From an uncultured Chloroflexia bacterium (GTDB taxonomy: Bacteria > Chloroflexota > Limnocylindria > Limnocylindrales > CSP1-4): DNA of 64,000 bases. The position numbers were made by a program, and so were the translations under genes. Location of the stretch: assembly GCA_963833225.1 (NCBI GenBank), contig CAWHXD010000008.1, positions 480,001-544,000 of the forward strand. Direction: 5' to 3'. The notes under the pieces were generated by a model. That model had not been told where the DNA came from and ran no database searches. It saw only the letters and a list, made by a program, of their open reading frames with translations. Of the stretch, positions 1-9,870 are shown piece after piece (the first letter of the stretch is position 1; each line of letters starts with the position of its first letter).

Positions 1-1104
1 CTGACCCTCCAGCCGGGGCGCACGGTCTCGATCGGCCTCGCCTCGATCGCTGCGGTCGTCGCTCTCGCCGCCGGGCCGTCCATCAGCGCATCGCCGACCG
101 ATACCGCCATCGCCGCCGGTCCCGACGCGGTCCTGGTCGCCGAGGCCGAGGACGAGCCGTGGGTCGACGAGGTGGACCAGACGATGGTGGCGCCGACCGA
201 GGACAACACGGCCCCCGGGACGGCCGCACCGACCACCACGCCCGGCACACCGACCGTCGCACCGACCGTCGCACCGACCGCCACACCCGTTCGCGACATC
301 GCGAACACCGGCTCGCTGCCGAGCGACGTCAAGCCGTCCCTCAGCCGTGCCCGCGGCGACGAGGAGCGTCTCCGTGCCGACGGGTGTCTTGCCTTCGAGG
401 GTGTCACCAACCCGCCCAACTGCATCTACGGCAACAAGAGCGGCGACTTCACCGTCGCGCTCGTCGGCGACTCCCACGCTGCTCACTGGTTCCCAGCACT
501 CGAGCGTCTCGCCAAGCACGAGGGCTGGAAGATCGTCACCTTCGTCAAGGTCTCGTGCCCGTTCATCGACATGCCGGTTCGCAACCTGGCTCTCAAGCGC
601 GAGTACCGCGAGTGCGCCGACTTCAACGACGCGACGATCGCCCGGCTCAAGGCTCTCAAGCCCGACCTGACCCTGGTCTCGATGAGCCGGATGGCGATCC
701 ACCCCATGACCGCCGGCGACGACACGATCGCAGCTCGCGGCGCGGCCATCGCCCGAATGATCGCCAAGGTCCCCGGCAAGACCGCGGTCATCGTCGACAC
801 GCCGTACGCCAAGAGAGACGTCCCCGGCTGCCTGTCCGCCCACCAGGACAACGCCGACGCATGCTCGATCCCGCCCGGGACCGCGTTCGCCGGTGACTTC
901 GGCAAGGCCGAGGCCGTCGCGGCCACGGCCAGCGGCGCCGGGATCATCGACCTCACCGCCAAGTTCGTCCTCGACACCGGTCCTGTGCCGGTCGTGATTA
1001 ACGGGATGATCGTCTACCGCGACGAATGCCACATGACAGCGACCTTCTCCAAGGCGCTTGGCCCGGCGCTCGGTGCCGCGATCCAGGTCTTCCTTGCCAA
1101 CTGA
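1..1104 (+). CDS. Acyltransferase-3/SGNH hydrolase-like protein, C-terminal part (5' truncated by window)
   Basis: Frame is open from base 1; hydrophobic segment, Pro/Thr linker, then SGNH motifs VGDSHA and YRDECH (DxxH) with paired Cys. Confidence 0.8.
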   Translation: MTLQPGRTVSIGLASIAAVVALAAGPSISASPTDTAIAAGPDAVLVAEAEDEPWVDEVDQTMVAPTEDNTAPGTAAPTTTPGTPTVAPTVAPTATPVRDIANTGSLPSDVKPSLSRARGDEERLRADGCLAFEGVTNPPNCIYGNKSGDFTVALVGDSHAAHWFPALERLAKHEGWKIVTFVKVSCPFIDMPVRNLALKREYRECADFNDATIARLKALKPDLTLVSMSRMAIHPMTAGDDTIAARGAAIARMIAKVPGKTAVIVDTPYAKRDVPGCLSAHQDNADACSIPPGTAFAGDFGKAEAVAATASGAGIIDLTAKFVLDTGPVPVVINGMIVYRDECHMTATFSKALGPALGAAIQVFLAN

Positions 1105-1520
1105 CCCCGCGACCGCGGACCCGGGTTGGTGCTGACGGCGGGTTACGACGGCCGCCCGTCGGCGCGTCCCCCATCGAGGTCCTCGACGAACTCGCGGGCC
1201 GGTTGCGCCGGCGCCATCGCGAGTCGAATGAACGCAGCCCTGGCGACGTAGGCGGGTCGTAGCCCAGCTCACCGACCGAGACGCGGCGGGGACGCACGCG
1301 CTGCCACGCCCGCTCAATCGCATTGCCGACCGAGTGGATTGGCCAACTTGGCCATGACTCTTGACTCGGCCGGGAGTCCCGGCCGATCCTCTCTCGCACC
1401 ACCCGGCACTGCCGACCCTCCACGCCCCGGTCATCGACTTCCTCGCCGAATGGCTGCATCCGGGCTCTGGTGCGGGCCGGCAAACGAGCGAGCCACCTCG
1501 CCGCCGCAGGAGAGATGACG

Positions 1521-2444
1521 ATGGAGACACGCCGCTTCGGACGCCTCGGCCACCTGACCTCGGTACTCGTCTACGGCGGGGCGGGGCTGGCTGACGTACC
1601 CGACGAGGTCGCGGATCGCTCCATCGAGCTCGCCCTGGAAGCCGGGATCAACCACTTCGACACCGCCGCGGACTATGGCGACTCGGAGCTCCACCTGGGG
1701 CGCTGGATGGGCCGGATCCGGGACCGCATCTTCCTCGCGACCAAGACCGGCGACCGGACGTCGAGCGGCGCCTACGACAGCATCCGTCGCTCGCTCGAGC
1801 GCCTTCGGGTGAGCCACGTGGACCTGATCCAGCTCCACGCTGTCGGCGATCTCGAGGACCTGGACAGGGCCACACGGTCGGGAGGGGCGATCGAGGGTGC
1901 CGTGAAGGCACGGGAGGAGGGACTCGTCGGCGGGATCGGCATCACCGGGCACGGGATGGCTGCGCCCGCCACGCATCTCGAAGCCCTGCGGAGGTTCCCG
2001 TTCGACTCGGTCATCACGCCCTGGAACTACCGCCTCGCGCAGGATGCGCGGTACCAGCACGACGTTGACGCCCTGCTGGAGGAGATCACGGCGCAGGACG
2101 TGGGCCTGCGCGTGATCAAGACCATCGCTCGGAACCTCTGGAAGACATCCGAGGGCGCCACCTACGCGACCTGGTATGAGCCGATGGACGAGCAGGCATA
2201 CGTGACCGCTGCCGTGGCATTCGTGCTCGCCCGGCCCGAGGTCACCGGCATCTGCACCGCCGGCGACGTGCGGCTGCTGCCGCTGCTCATCCAGGCCGAG
2301 CACGACCGGGGATCCATGTCGTCGGGCCAGGTCGGGTCGATGTTGTCGGGCCTGCCCGGGTACGAGTCGCTGTTCGTCAGGGTCGGTGGTCGCGAGATCC
2401 CAGACTGGCTCGAGCCGCTGATGGAGGAAGGTCTGGGACGATGA
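1521..2444 (+). CDS. Aldo/keto reductase
   Basis: GINHFDTAADYGDSE, FLATK, SLERLRVSHVDLIQLH; RBS AGGAGA before ATGs at 1515/1521. Confidence 0.9.
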   Translation: METRRFGRLGHLTSVLVYGGAGLADVPDEVADRSIELALEAGINHFDTAADYGDSELHLGRWMGRIRDRIFLATKTGDRTSSGAYDSIRRSLERLRVSHVDLIQLHAVGDLEDLDRATRSGGAIEGAVKAREEGLVGGIGITGHGMAAPATHLEALRRFPFDSVITPWNYRLAQDARYQHDVDALLEEITAQDVGLRVIKTIARNLWKTSEGATYATWYEPMDEQAYVTAAVAFVLARPEVTGICTAGDVRLLPLLIQAEHDRGSMSSGQVGSMLSGLPGYESLFVRVGGREIPDWLEPLMEEGLGR

Positions 2445-2596
2445 TGTCGTGCCAGCCGCGAGGGCAAGGCCGTCGCGGTCTGGAAGGCCGCGACCGATCA
2501 GGGTGCGGCGGGCAGGAGCCTCCCGTCTACTGCAACGGCGAGGTGAGTCCACGACCGAGCTGGCACTCCCCCGCCCTGTTTCGTTCACGCGCTTGG

Positions 2597-2746
2597 GTGA
2601 AGCTCACGCCGATTGAGTGCCAGGGCTGCAGGCGCGACGTCGAGCGGAGCTCGCCGGTTCAGCGGTACTGCCGGGACTGCGCCGCTGCACGTGGGCGCGG
2701 TCGGAGCCGCGAGGCCATGGCACTGCGGCGGGGCCACGGACCATGA
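2597..2746 (+). CDS. Putative small zinc-ribbon protein (49 aa)
   Basis: GTG start; CQGC...CRDC with a basic tail; start and coding status uncertain. Confidence 0.35.
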   Translation: MKLTPIECQGCRRDVERSSPVQRYCRDCAAARGRGRSREAMALRRGHGP

Positions 2747-3010
2747 GAGGACTTCGCTGGCGATCCTCCTCCAACGCCGCGAACAGGTCCGCCGCGGAGA
2801 GATGGAGCGCTCGCGGCGAGCTGGCTGGATTCCCGGTCTCGACGATCGCCCAGCCGGGTCGACCGTCAGGTCAGCGCACTCCCGCGCAACAGGCTCGCCC
2901 CGCGCGATGGGGTTTGTGATCAGGGCGTCGAGGCGGGCGCTCACCATGGCTGTGAGCCGTGAGGCCGTGGTCCATGCAAGAGGTTCGAGCATCGTGCGGA
3001 CCCTGCGCCG

Positions 3011-4480
3011 TCAGGCGCGAAGGTCGGTTCGCGGGGCCGTGGCACGAGCACGCAGGAACGCGATGGCGGTGAACCGGCCCGCCGCGTTGAGCGCGGTGGT
3101 GTTCGGCCCGGCCGGCCGCCCGCCTTCCCACTTCGCGCGGACCTCGTCCAGCAGGCCGAACAACCGCCAGTGGTAGAGGGCACGGTGGACCGCCAACCCA
3201 GCCTGCCGAGCCGTGACCGGGACGCCGTTCGCCGCCCAGCCCTGCGCTGCGACGATCGGCCCGATCTCCCGTTCGAGCGCGTCGTCGAGGACCGGGCCAT
3301 CGAGGAGCCGGTGTGCGACGAGCTCGCTGAGCATCGCGAGGTACTCGTCCTCGCACGCGAGCGTTGCCGCGATCGCATGCCACAGGCCGACGGTGTCGTC
3401 CACGAGCCCCGTGCCACGTGGGGAGACAGCGAGTCTCCGTGACCTCTTCGACACGAGGTGCAGGCGCGCGGCGGTCTGCCGGAGGACGGCCATCTGGTGG
3501 ACGTCCGCCTCGGTCCGCGGCTGTCCCGGCCATTCCCACCAGCCGAACCGTCCGACGGCCTCGCGCACGCTGGCGGGCGACAGGTAGCCGGCCGGGGTCA
3601 GCGTGACACCCGCTGCGCACGTCTGGAGGAGCCAGCGCATCGGCGCGACCGCGGCGGCGACGTCCGACGGCCGCACGTCGGGGGGTGTCAGGCTCAGCGT
3701 CCGCTCACGCCAGGCCTGCAGGGCCGGCGGCCGCGCGAGCCGGACCCACGTGTCGACGCGTTCATCGAGGACTGCCTGGAGGACGGTCCGTTGTGCGCCA
3801 CCACCGGCAGGCGTCAGGAGCGTCTGGTTGCAGACCTCGGCGGCGACGCGCCGCCACCCGCCCCTCCCGGGCTGGAGCTCGCCGGCCGTGATCGCGCGTT
3901 CCAGCGCGTGTTCCACCGCTTGACGGGCAAGAGACTCCTCGAGGCCGAGGACCTCGCCCCATGCCAGGAGATCGGTGTCCGGCGGTTCGACGCCCGATGC
4001 GGATCGCGCCGCCCGGAACCCCGCGAACCCCTTCGCGGGCGAGCGTTCCCACGCGTCGAGGATCGCCGTCGTCGTGGGCGATCGAGCGATCGCGGCGTAG
4101 CGGTCGAGCCCGAGAAGCGACAGCAGGACGCCGGCTGCCTCCGTCACCGGACGCCACGTGTCTGCCGGATGCTTCCTGGGCACCTCGTACCAGAGGAAGA
4201 CCTGGAGACCAGCCTGGCTGATGAGCTCCTCGCCCTCGCCCGCGGTCAGGCCGTCTGCGGCGGCGCGCATCCAGATCGCCAGCTGCGGGTCGTGCCGGTC
4301 GATGGCGGCGATCACCGCGTCGACATGGTCGGCGGTCACGCCTTCCAGCGCCCGCCGGCAGTGTCCCAGGTCGCGACACCGTCCGATCGCGAAGATCCAG
4401 AACCAGTCTCCGCAGCACGATCGTGCGGCTCGAGCTTGCTCAAGGTTCGTCAACCTGGAGATCACGCGGAGCAGGGACAC
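3011..4480 (-). CDS. Hypothetical protein; C-terminal half resembles the region attached to actinobacterial pRiA4b ORF3-family proteins
   Basis: Long ORF with protein-like composition; GVTLTPAGYLSPA...WPGQPRTEAD...LHLVSKRSRRL; true start may be GTG 4339. Confidence 0.55.
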   Translation of the reverse strand: MSLLRVISRLTNLEQARAARSCCGDWFWIFAIGRCRDLGHCRRALEGVTADHVDAVIAAIDRHDPQLAIWMRAAADGLTAGEGEELISQAGLQVFLWYEVPRKHPADTWRPVTEAAGVLLSLLGLDRYAAIARSPTTTAILDAWERSPAKGFAGFRAARSASGVEPPDTDLLAWGEVLGLEESLARQAVEHALERAITAGELQPGRGGWRRVAAEVCNQTLLTPAGGGAQRTVLQAVLDERVDTWVRLARPPALQAWRERTLSLTPPDVRPSDVAAAVAPMRWLLQTCAAGVTLTPAGYLSPASVREAVGRFGWWEWPGQPRTEADVHQMAVLRQTAARLHLVSKRSRRLAVSPRGTGLVDDTVGLWHAIAATLACEDEYLAMLSELVAHRLLDGPVLDDALEREIGPIVAAQGWAANGVPVTARQAGLAVHRALYHWRLFGLLDEVRAKWEGGRPAGPNTTALNAAGRFTAIAFLRARATAPRTDLRA

Positions 4481-5390
4481 TCTCCGTCGCGCTCAGCCTC
4501 TCGCTCCTCCACAGCTGCCGCACCGGGTCCCATGCCATACCCACGGTGCCGAAGTAGACCGGCTCGAGGAACCGACGGATCGAGGACGCGGCGGCGGCCG
4601 CCGTCGGCTCCGCAAGATCGAGTTCGGCTCGCCACGCCGCGTAGGGTCGAGCCCAAGACTCCGGCGGCCCATCGATGATGGGCGGCCACGGATGGGTCGA
4701 GCGCCGCTCGAAGGTCGCCACACATGCCCTCGCCAGGGGCTCCGATCGGAACGTGAAGTGGCGCATGAACCAGGCGAGGTCGACAAGATCGCGCGCCCGC
4801 GTGTTCTCGACATCGCGTGGGAGCGTCAGGGCATGGAGCTTCTCGGCGACGTGCTGATTGATCGGGTAGACCGGGAACCGAGACCGGCGAAAGCCGAGCC
4901 CCTCGAGGACTGGATCGGAGAAGTGGGACTCGAGCTCGCCGACGACCACGTCAGCCGCACTGACATCGACCTTGAAGCGGACCAGCTCGGTGCCAGCGAG
5001 GCGCGCGACGACGGCGAACCGGAGACCGCCGCCTGGTGGGCCGTCCAAGGGTGCCGGGGGCAGCGCGACCTCGTAGCTGAAGTCATCGGCCACGTCGACG
5101 GCAAAGCCGGTGGCCAGAAGCTCGGGCGCGGTCTCGATGGCGGCGTCGATCCTGAGGTCGAGATCCTCGGTGAACCGGGCGTCGCCCGGACGTCGAAGCT
5201 GGTTGGCGTAGCCGCCCTTCACGACCCATCGTCCGGGTGCGGCTGCAAGCAGGCGGACGAGGAGGCGGTCGACCGCGACGACGAGATGGATCCGCCGCGG
5301 GACCACGCCGGCATCCCGTGCGGCGTTGCCCATCCGGACGAGGAGACTGGTCCGTCGGCCGGCCGGCGTTCCGCCCCGCGGAGTCGTCAC
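4440..5390 (-). CDS. abiEii: AbiEii/AbiGii-family nucleotidyltransferase toxin (type IV TA)
   Basis: WVVKGGYA, RFTEDLDL, AEKLHA, RARDLVDL; GTG start overlaps the antitoxin stop (GTGA, 5390-5387). Confidence 0.88.
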   Translation of the reverse strand: MTTPRGGTPAGRRTSLLVRMGNAARDAGVVPRRIHLVVAVDRLLVRLLAAAPGRWVVKGGYANQLRRPGDARFTEDLDLRIDAAIETAPELLATGFAVDVADDFSYEVALPPAPLDGPPGGGLRFAVVARLAGTELVRFKVDVSAADVVVGELESHFSDPVLEGLGFRRSRFPVYPINQHVAEKLHALTLPRDVENTRARDLVDLAWFMRHFTFRSEPLARACVATFERRSTHPWPPIIDGPPESWARPYAAWRAELDLAEPTAAAAASSIRRFLEPVYFGTVGMAWDPVRQLWRSERLSATESVPAPRDLQVDEP

Positions 5391-5935
5391 AGCCCGGAGC
5401 CCGCGAAGGGCGGGTATCGTCGAAGCTCGGCCAGGTCGTCGGGCGTGAGCATCGCCCGCGCTCGGGCAGCGCGAGTAGCCGAAACGAGCTGGTCGGGATC
5501 GGCGCCTTCGCGGGCGGCATCGAGCAGGGCGCGACGGGCGGTGCTGACCCATAGGCCGTCGCGGAGGGCTCGGTCGATCGTGGCGCCGTGACGCGAGCGG
5601 TGGAGCGTGATGCCCGGACGGAGTCTGCGTCGGGACGTCTCCGGGATCGTGAAGTGGATGGTCGAGGGGATGATGTCCGTCAGCCCGAGCAGGGTCAGCG
5701 CCGTCTGGTGGCTGAACGTGCCGAACGGCGCGATGGCCTGCAGCGCGTATAACTCATCCGCCGCGTCGGCGGGCCAGTGCGGCAGGCGGTAGAGGCCGTG
5801 GCCCACTCGCTCGGCAGAGCCGTGCTGCGCGCGCCATGTCAGTGCCCGCCGGCTGAGCCCGTGCCCAGCAGCCTGAGCGGTCGTGAAGTAGCCGTGCTGC
5901 GCCGCCGCGGTGGAGAGGAGGTCATCCCATGACAT
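5387..5935 (-). CDS. abiEi: AbiEi-family antitoxin / transcriptional regulator
   Basis: AAAQHGYFTTAQA...RVGHGLYRL wHTH, SHQTAL, RALLD; directly upstream of the toxin. Confidence 0.88.
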   Translation of the reverse strand: MSWDDLLSTAAAQHGYFTTAQAAGHGLSRRALTWRAQHGSAERVGHGLYRLPHWPADAADELYALQAIAPFGTFSHQTALTLLGLTDIIPSTIHFTIPETSRRRLRPGITLHRSRHGATIDRALRDGLWVSTARRALLDAAREGADPDQLVSATRAARARAMLTPDDLAELRRYPPFAGSGL

Positions 5936-5941
5936 GCGCCA

Positions 5942-5970
5942 ATGTTACGCATTCCGTAACAATAGGGCAA
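5942..5970 (-). promoter_or_regulatory. Leaderless abiE promoter with overlapping inverted-repeat operator
   Basis: -35 TTGCCC (5970-5965), 17 bp, -10 TAACAT (5947-5942), ATG 6 nt later; palindrome TGTTACG-N5-CGTAACA at 5943-5961. Confidence 0.7.
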
Positions 5971-5971
5971 G

Positions 5972-6046
5972 TGGCTCCGGCGGTAGGATTCGAACCTACG
6001 ACCAAGTGATTAACAGTCACCCGCTCTACCACTGAGCTACGCCGGA
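5972..6046 (-). tRNA. tRNA-Asn (GTT)
   Basis: Full cloverleaf TCCGGCG-TA-GCTC-AGTGGTA-GAGC-G-GGTGA-CTGTTAA-TCACT-TGGTC-GTAGG-TTCGAAT-CCTAC-CGCCGGA-G-CCA. Confidence 0.97.
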
Positions 6047-6364
6047 GCGAAGAGGCCGGACGGCCGGTCTCGGGGCGCCGTCGCGGCGCCGCGGGTGAGG
6101 ATAGCAGGGTCGCTGGCGCCACGAGGCCGCCACGAGGTCCCCCGTGGCCGGACCAATGGAGCCCCTGATCGCGATGCGGTTCAGATCCAGCGCCCCTACG
6201 CGGGGATCGCGCGGCGAAACCCGGGTTTCGGATCCTGGCTCGTGCGTGAAGGGGCCGACCCTGATGCAGATGGCGATCACGGGATCCGCGGACACCGCCC
6301 TCACCGTGGTCGCCAACGCGGGAACGGACGCTCAGCGAACCGGGACCACCCTAGACTGGCTGCC

Positions 6365-7207
6365 ATGAGCCTGATCTTGCCCCAGGAGCTGCTGGCCCAG
6401 CTGGGCGACCCGACGCTGCGGATCTGCGATGTTCGCTGGTGGCTGACGGATCCCGCCAAGGGTCGTCGCGACTACGCGGATTCGCATCTGCCGGGCGCCG
6501 TGTTCATCGACCTGGACCGGGACCTCGTCGCGGCCGAGGGCCCTGGCCGGCATCCCCTCCCCGACCCGGTGGCGTTCGCCACCCGGATGGCGGCGCTGGG
6601 GATCGGCGGCGACAACCCGGTGGTGGCCTACGACGACGCCGGCGGCACCGTGGCTGCCCGCCTGTGGTGGATGCTCGACGACCTTGGCCATCGCGACGTC
6701 CGGGTGCTCGATGGTGGGATCTCCGCATGGGTGGACACCGGCGGGCCGCTCACGGCAGCCGTTTCGGATCCGCCGTCCTCCCCTGCCCGCCTGACGCTGC
6801 GCAGCGCTTGGTCGCGCACGATCGACCGCGACGCGCTGGCGACCCGGCTCCGCATCGGCGACGTCGCGCTGTTCGACGCGCGGGCACGGGAGCGGTACCG
6901 GGGCGATGTCGAGCCGGTGGACCCGGTCGCCGGCCACATCCCGGGCGCGATCTCGCGTCCGACCTCCGGCAACCTGCGTCCGGACGGCCGCTTCCTGGAC
7001 CCGGCCACGCTTCGCGCCCGGTACGCCGGGCACCCAGGCGAGGCGGTGAACCAGTGCGGTTCCGGGGTCAACGCCTGCCACAATGCGCTCGCGATGCGGG
7101 TAGCCGGCCTCCCGGATCCCCTGCTCTACCCGGGCTCGTACTCGGACTGGTCGAGCACCGGGATGCCGATCGCGACGGGCGACGACCCGGGACGCTACGA
7201 GGGCTGA
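6365..7207 (+). CDS. sseA: Two-domain rhodanese / 3-mercaptopyruvate sulfurtransferase (SseA-like)
   Basis: HLPGAVF, AARLWW, GHIPGA, active loop CGSGVNA, LYPGSYSDW; TAGACT 7 nt before ATG. Confidence 0.9.
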   Translation: MSLILPQELLAQLGDPTLRICDVRWWLTDPAKGRRDYADSHLPGAVFIDLDRDLVAAEGPGRHPLPDPVAFATRMAALGIGGDNPVVAYDDAGGTVAARLWWMLDDLGHRDVRVLDGGISAWVDTGGPLTAAVSDPPSSPARLTLRSAWSRTIDRDALATRLRIGDVALFDARARERYRGDVEPVDPVAGHIPGAISRPTSGNLRPDGRFLDPATLRARYAGHPGEAVNQCGSGVNACHNALAMRVAGLPDPLLYPGSYSDWSSTGMPIATGDDPGRYEG

Positions 7208-7521
7208 CCCGCCGCCCGACCGCGCGCCGACCGGACGACCACCGCCTGGGCGACGGCGACCAGCAGCGCTGCGGTGAACCCGATCAACACGTCCCCGAGC
7301 AGTGCGACCTGGAAGCCGAACAGGCTGATCTCCGGGCCGATGGAGATCCCGAACCGGTGCCCGATCAGGTAGAACGCGAGGAACCCGGCAGCCACGGGCA
7401 GCAGATGGGCGCGCCAGCCGACTGGCCCGCCGAGGAGCACTGCCAGGCGCACGGCGACGATCCCGACCATGACCGAGCACACCAGGAACAGCGAGACGAG
7501 GGCATAGGCTTGGGGCGGCAT
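7195..7521 (-). CDS. Small membrane protein (about 3 TM)
   Basis: Three hydrophobic segments; TAGCAT 6 nt before ATG. Confidence 0.7.
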   Translation of the reverse strand: MPPQAYALVSLFLVCSVMVGIVAVRLAVLLGGPVGWRAHLLPVAAGFLAFYLIGHRFGISIGPEISLFGFQVALLGDVLIGFTAALLVAVAQAVVVRSARGRAAGQPS

Positions 7522-7575
7522 TCCTCGATGCTACCCCGTGTCCGGCTGAGCCCGCCGCTGCAGACCCGGTCGCGG

Positions 7576-9870
7576 CTACCGGCGGCCGCGCACCCTCGCC
7601 GACTTGACCGAGAGGTTCCCCGCCGCGTCGACCGCGCGCACGTAGTAGCGGGCACCGCGGACCGTGTGGATCCGGATCCGGGACACCTTCGTGCTCGCGA
7701 CGGGCTTCGCGCGGCCGGTGCGGTACACGAGGTACCGGACGACGCCGACGTCATCGGTGGACGGGGCCCAGTTGAACTTCACGTAGGCGCCCGAGCGGCG
7801 GACCTTGTGGAACCTGGCCGGCTTCGTGGGACCGGTGGTATCGGGCAGCGTCGTGACGACGATCGACGTCGCCTTGCTCACGTTGCCCACGCCGTCGAGC
7901 GCGGCAACGCTGTAGAGATAGGTGGTCTCGGGCGCCCGGGCGGTGTCCTTCCAGGTGACGCTCGACGGGGAGGCGACGAGCAACCCGTTGCGGGTGACGC
8001 GGTACCCGACCACGCCGGTGTCGTCCGTGGCGGGGGTCCAGGTCAGCGCCACGGTCGTCGTGCTCGACTCGCCGGTCACCACCTCCGGGGGCGTGGGGGC
8101 CTGCGCATCGCTCCCGGACGAGCCGGGGCTCGCGGTCGGCGTGGGCGTCGCCGACGGATCCGGGGTGCTCGAAGGAGCGGGCGTGGGGGTGGGGGTCGGG
8201 CCTGGCGTGGGCGTCGGAACCCCGGCAGGAACGTCGACCGAGACCGTCCTCTCGGGGCTCTGGTTGGTCGAGCCATCGACCGCGGTCACCCCGTAGGTGT
8301 ACGTCTCGCCACCGGCAGCGCTCGCGTCCGTCCACCCGGTCGCGCTGCCGCCGGTGGTCGCCAGCAGCGAGCCGTCGCGGGTGACCTGGTAGCCGGTCAC
8401 CGCGGTGTCGTCCGTGGAGGCGGTCCACGCCAGCGCGACGGTGCTACCGGTGACGTTGCCGGCGAGGTTTGCGGGCGCGGTCGGGGCGTACCCGTCGCGA
8501 ACCTGGACCACGACGCCCGAGGCATCCGCGGACAGCGTCGTGATCGAGAGCTTTGACACCGGATCGGTCATCGTCCTGCCGACGGCCAGGGGCGCGTCCG
8601 ACAGGGACGACGTCGCCGGCGTCGAGTCCAGGAGCAGCGTGGCCTGCGGCGACCCCGTCGGGCTTGCGGTCCCGACGCCGATCCGGATCGTGGTGCCGAC
8701 GGTGACCGGCGACCCCGCCGAGAAGTTGTCGAAGGCGCCGTAGGTCATCCGGGTGTCGAGGTCGAAGAAGCTGCCGTCCCCGCGCGGGACGCGGACGAGC
8801 TTGAGGCCGGCGCCGCCAAAGTAGGGCGTGATGGCGTAGGTGTTGCCGGGAACGGCGATCACCTTCTCCGACGACGTCAGCCAGCCGAGCTCCCCCAGGT
8901 GCGACCCGTGGTTGTGGCGGAGCGCGTTGTTGCCCATGGTGGAGAACGGGTCCGCGTAGGTGACGCTCGCGCAGCTGGTGGTCGCGGCGATCATCACCCG
9001 GGTCCCGCCGACCACGCAGTTGGCGGCGTTGCTGTGGCCCAGGCCGAAGTTGTGGCCGAGCTCGTGGGTCATGACCTGCACGGAGATGTTGCCGTTGAGG
9101 TAGGTCTCGGTCCCGGGCACGTATCCCAGGCCGGCCCAGCCGCAGGCGCTCGTGTTGGGGAACACGAACATCACGTTGCTGTAGGAGGAGAGATTGGCGC
9201 CGGCGGCGTTGGCCGCGTTCCAGGCCAGGGTGCGCCACGAGCCCCAGCTGCAGCCGGTCGTGGTCGCGTCGATCGTGTACCAGCCGAACACCGCCCCACT
9301 GACGGTCATGCGGCCCTTGGACTCCTCCTCGAAGAAGCGCCTGGCGCTCGTCGAGCTGTTGATGAGCGCGTCCTGGACCTGCGACTTGGTGAATGGGGTC
9401 GTGTGCAGGTCCGTGAAGTTGAACAGGACCACCGCGATCGACTTGGCGACGACGGTCTGCTCGACGGTGGCATCCGTCGTGGCGCCTCCGGACAGCGTGC
9501 CGCTGCCACCCATCGCGGCTGCGGACCCGTTGAGATCCGAGGAGGTGCTTCGCCGGCGGATCACGAGGCCGGCGCCCGGATCCGCGGACTGCACCCGGAG
9601 CCCGTCGCCGACGCGCGTCCCGGTGACCGTCACGCGTGAGCCGGAGATCGAGCGCGGGTCGCCCTGCTCGAACTCGACCGGGGTGATCCCGTCGGCGTTG
9701 CGGATGGAATAGACGAAGTGGTCGCGCCCATCGCCAAGTTCGACATAGGCGGTCTCGATGGTGCCGGTCAGCGACTCCAGCGCGGCTCCGCCGGGCGTCG
9801 CCGCGGCCGCCGGCGCCGCAACGACAGCGGCGAGCAGGAGGGCTGCGAGGATCTGCAGGGCGTGGCGCAT
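7576..9870 (-). CDS. Secreted metzincin (M11/gametolysin-like) with fibronectin-III domains and PT linker
   Basis: Signal peptide MRHALQILAALLLAAVVAAPAAA; HELGHNFGLGHS, DPFSTMG Met-turn; three FN3-like WxxSTDD.GV..Y repeats. Confidence 0.85.
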   Translation of the reverse strand: MRHALQILAALLLAAVVAAPAAAATPGGAALESLTGTIETAYVELGDGRDHFVYSIRNADGITPVEFEQGDPRSISGSRVTVTGTRVGDGLRVQSADPGAGLVIRRRSTSSDLNGSAAAMGGSGTLSGGATTDATVEQTVVAKSIAVVLFNFTDLHTTPFTKSQVQDALINSSTSARRFFEEESKGRMTVSGAVFGWYTIDATTTGCSWGSWRTLAWNAANAAGANLSSYSNVMFVFPNTSACGWAGLGYVPGTETYLNGNISVQVMTHELGHNFGLGHSNAANCVVGGTRVMIAATTSCASVTYADPFSTMGNNALRHNHGSHLGELGWLTSSEKVIAVPGNTYAITPYFGGAGLKLVRVPRGDGSFFDLDTRMTYGAFDNFSAGSPVTVGTTIRIGVGTASPTGSPQATLLLDSTPATSSLSDAPLAVGRTMTDPVSKLSITTLSADASGVVVQVRDGYAPTAPANLAGNVTGSTVALAWTASTDDTAVTGYQVTRDGSLLATTGGSATGWTDASAAGGETYTYGVTAVDGSTNQSPERTVSVDVPAGVPTPTPGPTPTPTPAPSSTPDPSATPTPTASPGSSGSDAQAPTPPEVVTGESSTTTVALTWTPATDDTGVVGYRVTRNGLLVASPSSVTWKDTARAPETTYLYSVAALDGVGNVSKATSIVVTTLPDTTGPTKPARFHKVRRSGAYVKFNWAPSTDDVGVVRYLVYRTGRAKPVASTKVSRIRIHTVRGARYYVRAVDAAGNLSVKSARVRGRR

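Noticed and set aside
6047-6364. Short ORFs between tRNA-Asn and sseA, and the N-terminal extension of ORF 6095
   Set aside because: No recognisable motifs; sseA has a leaderless start at 6365.
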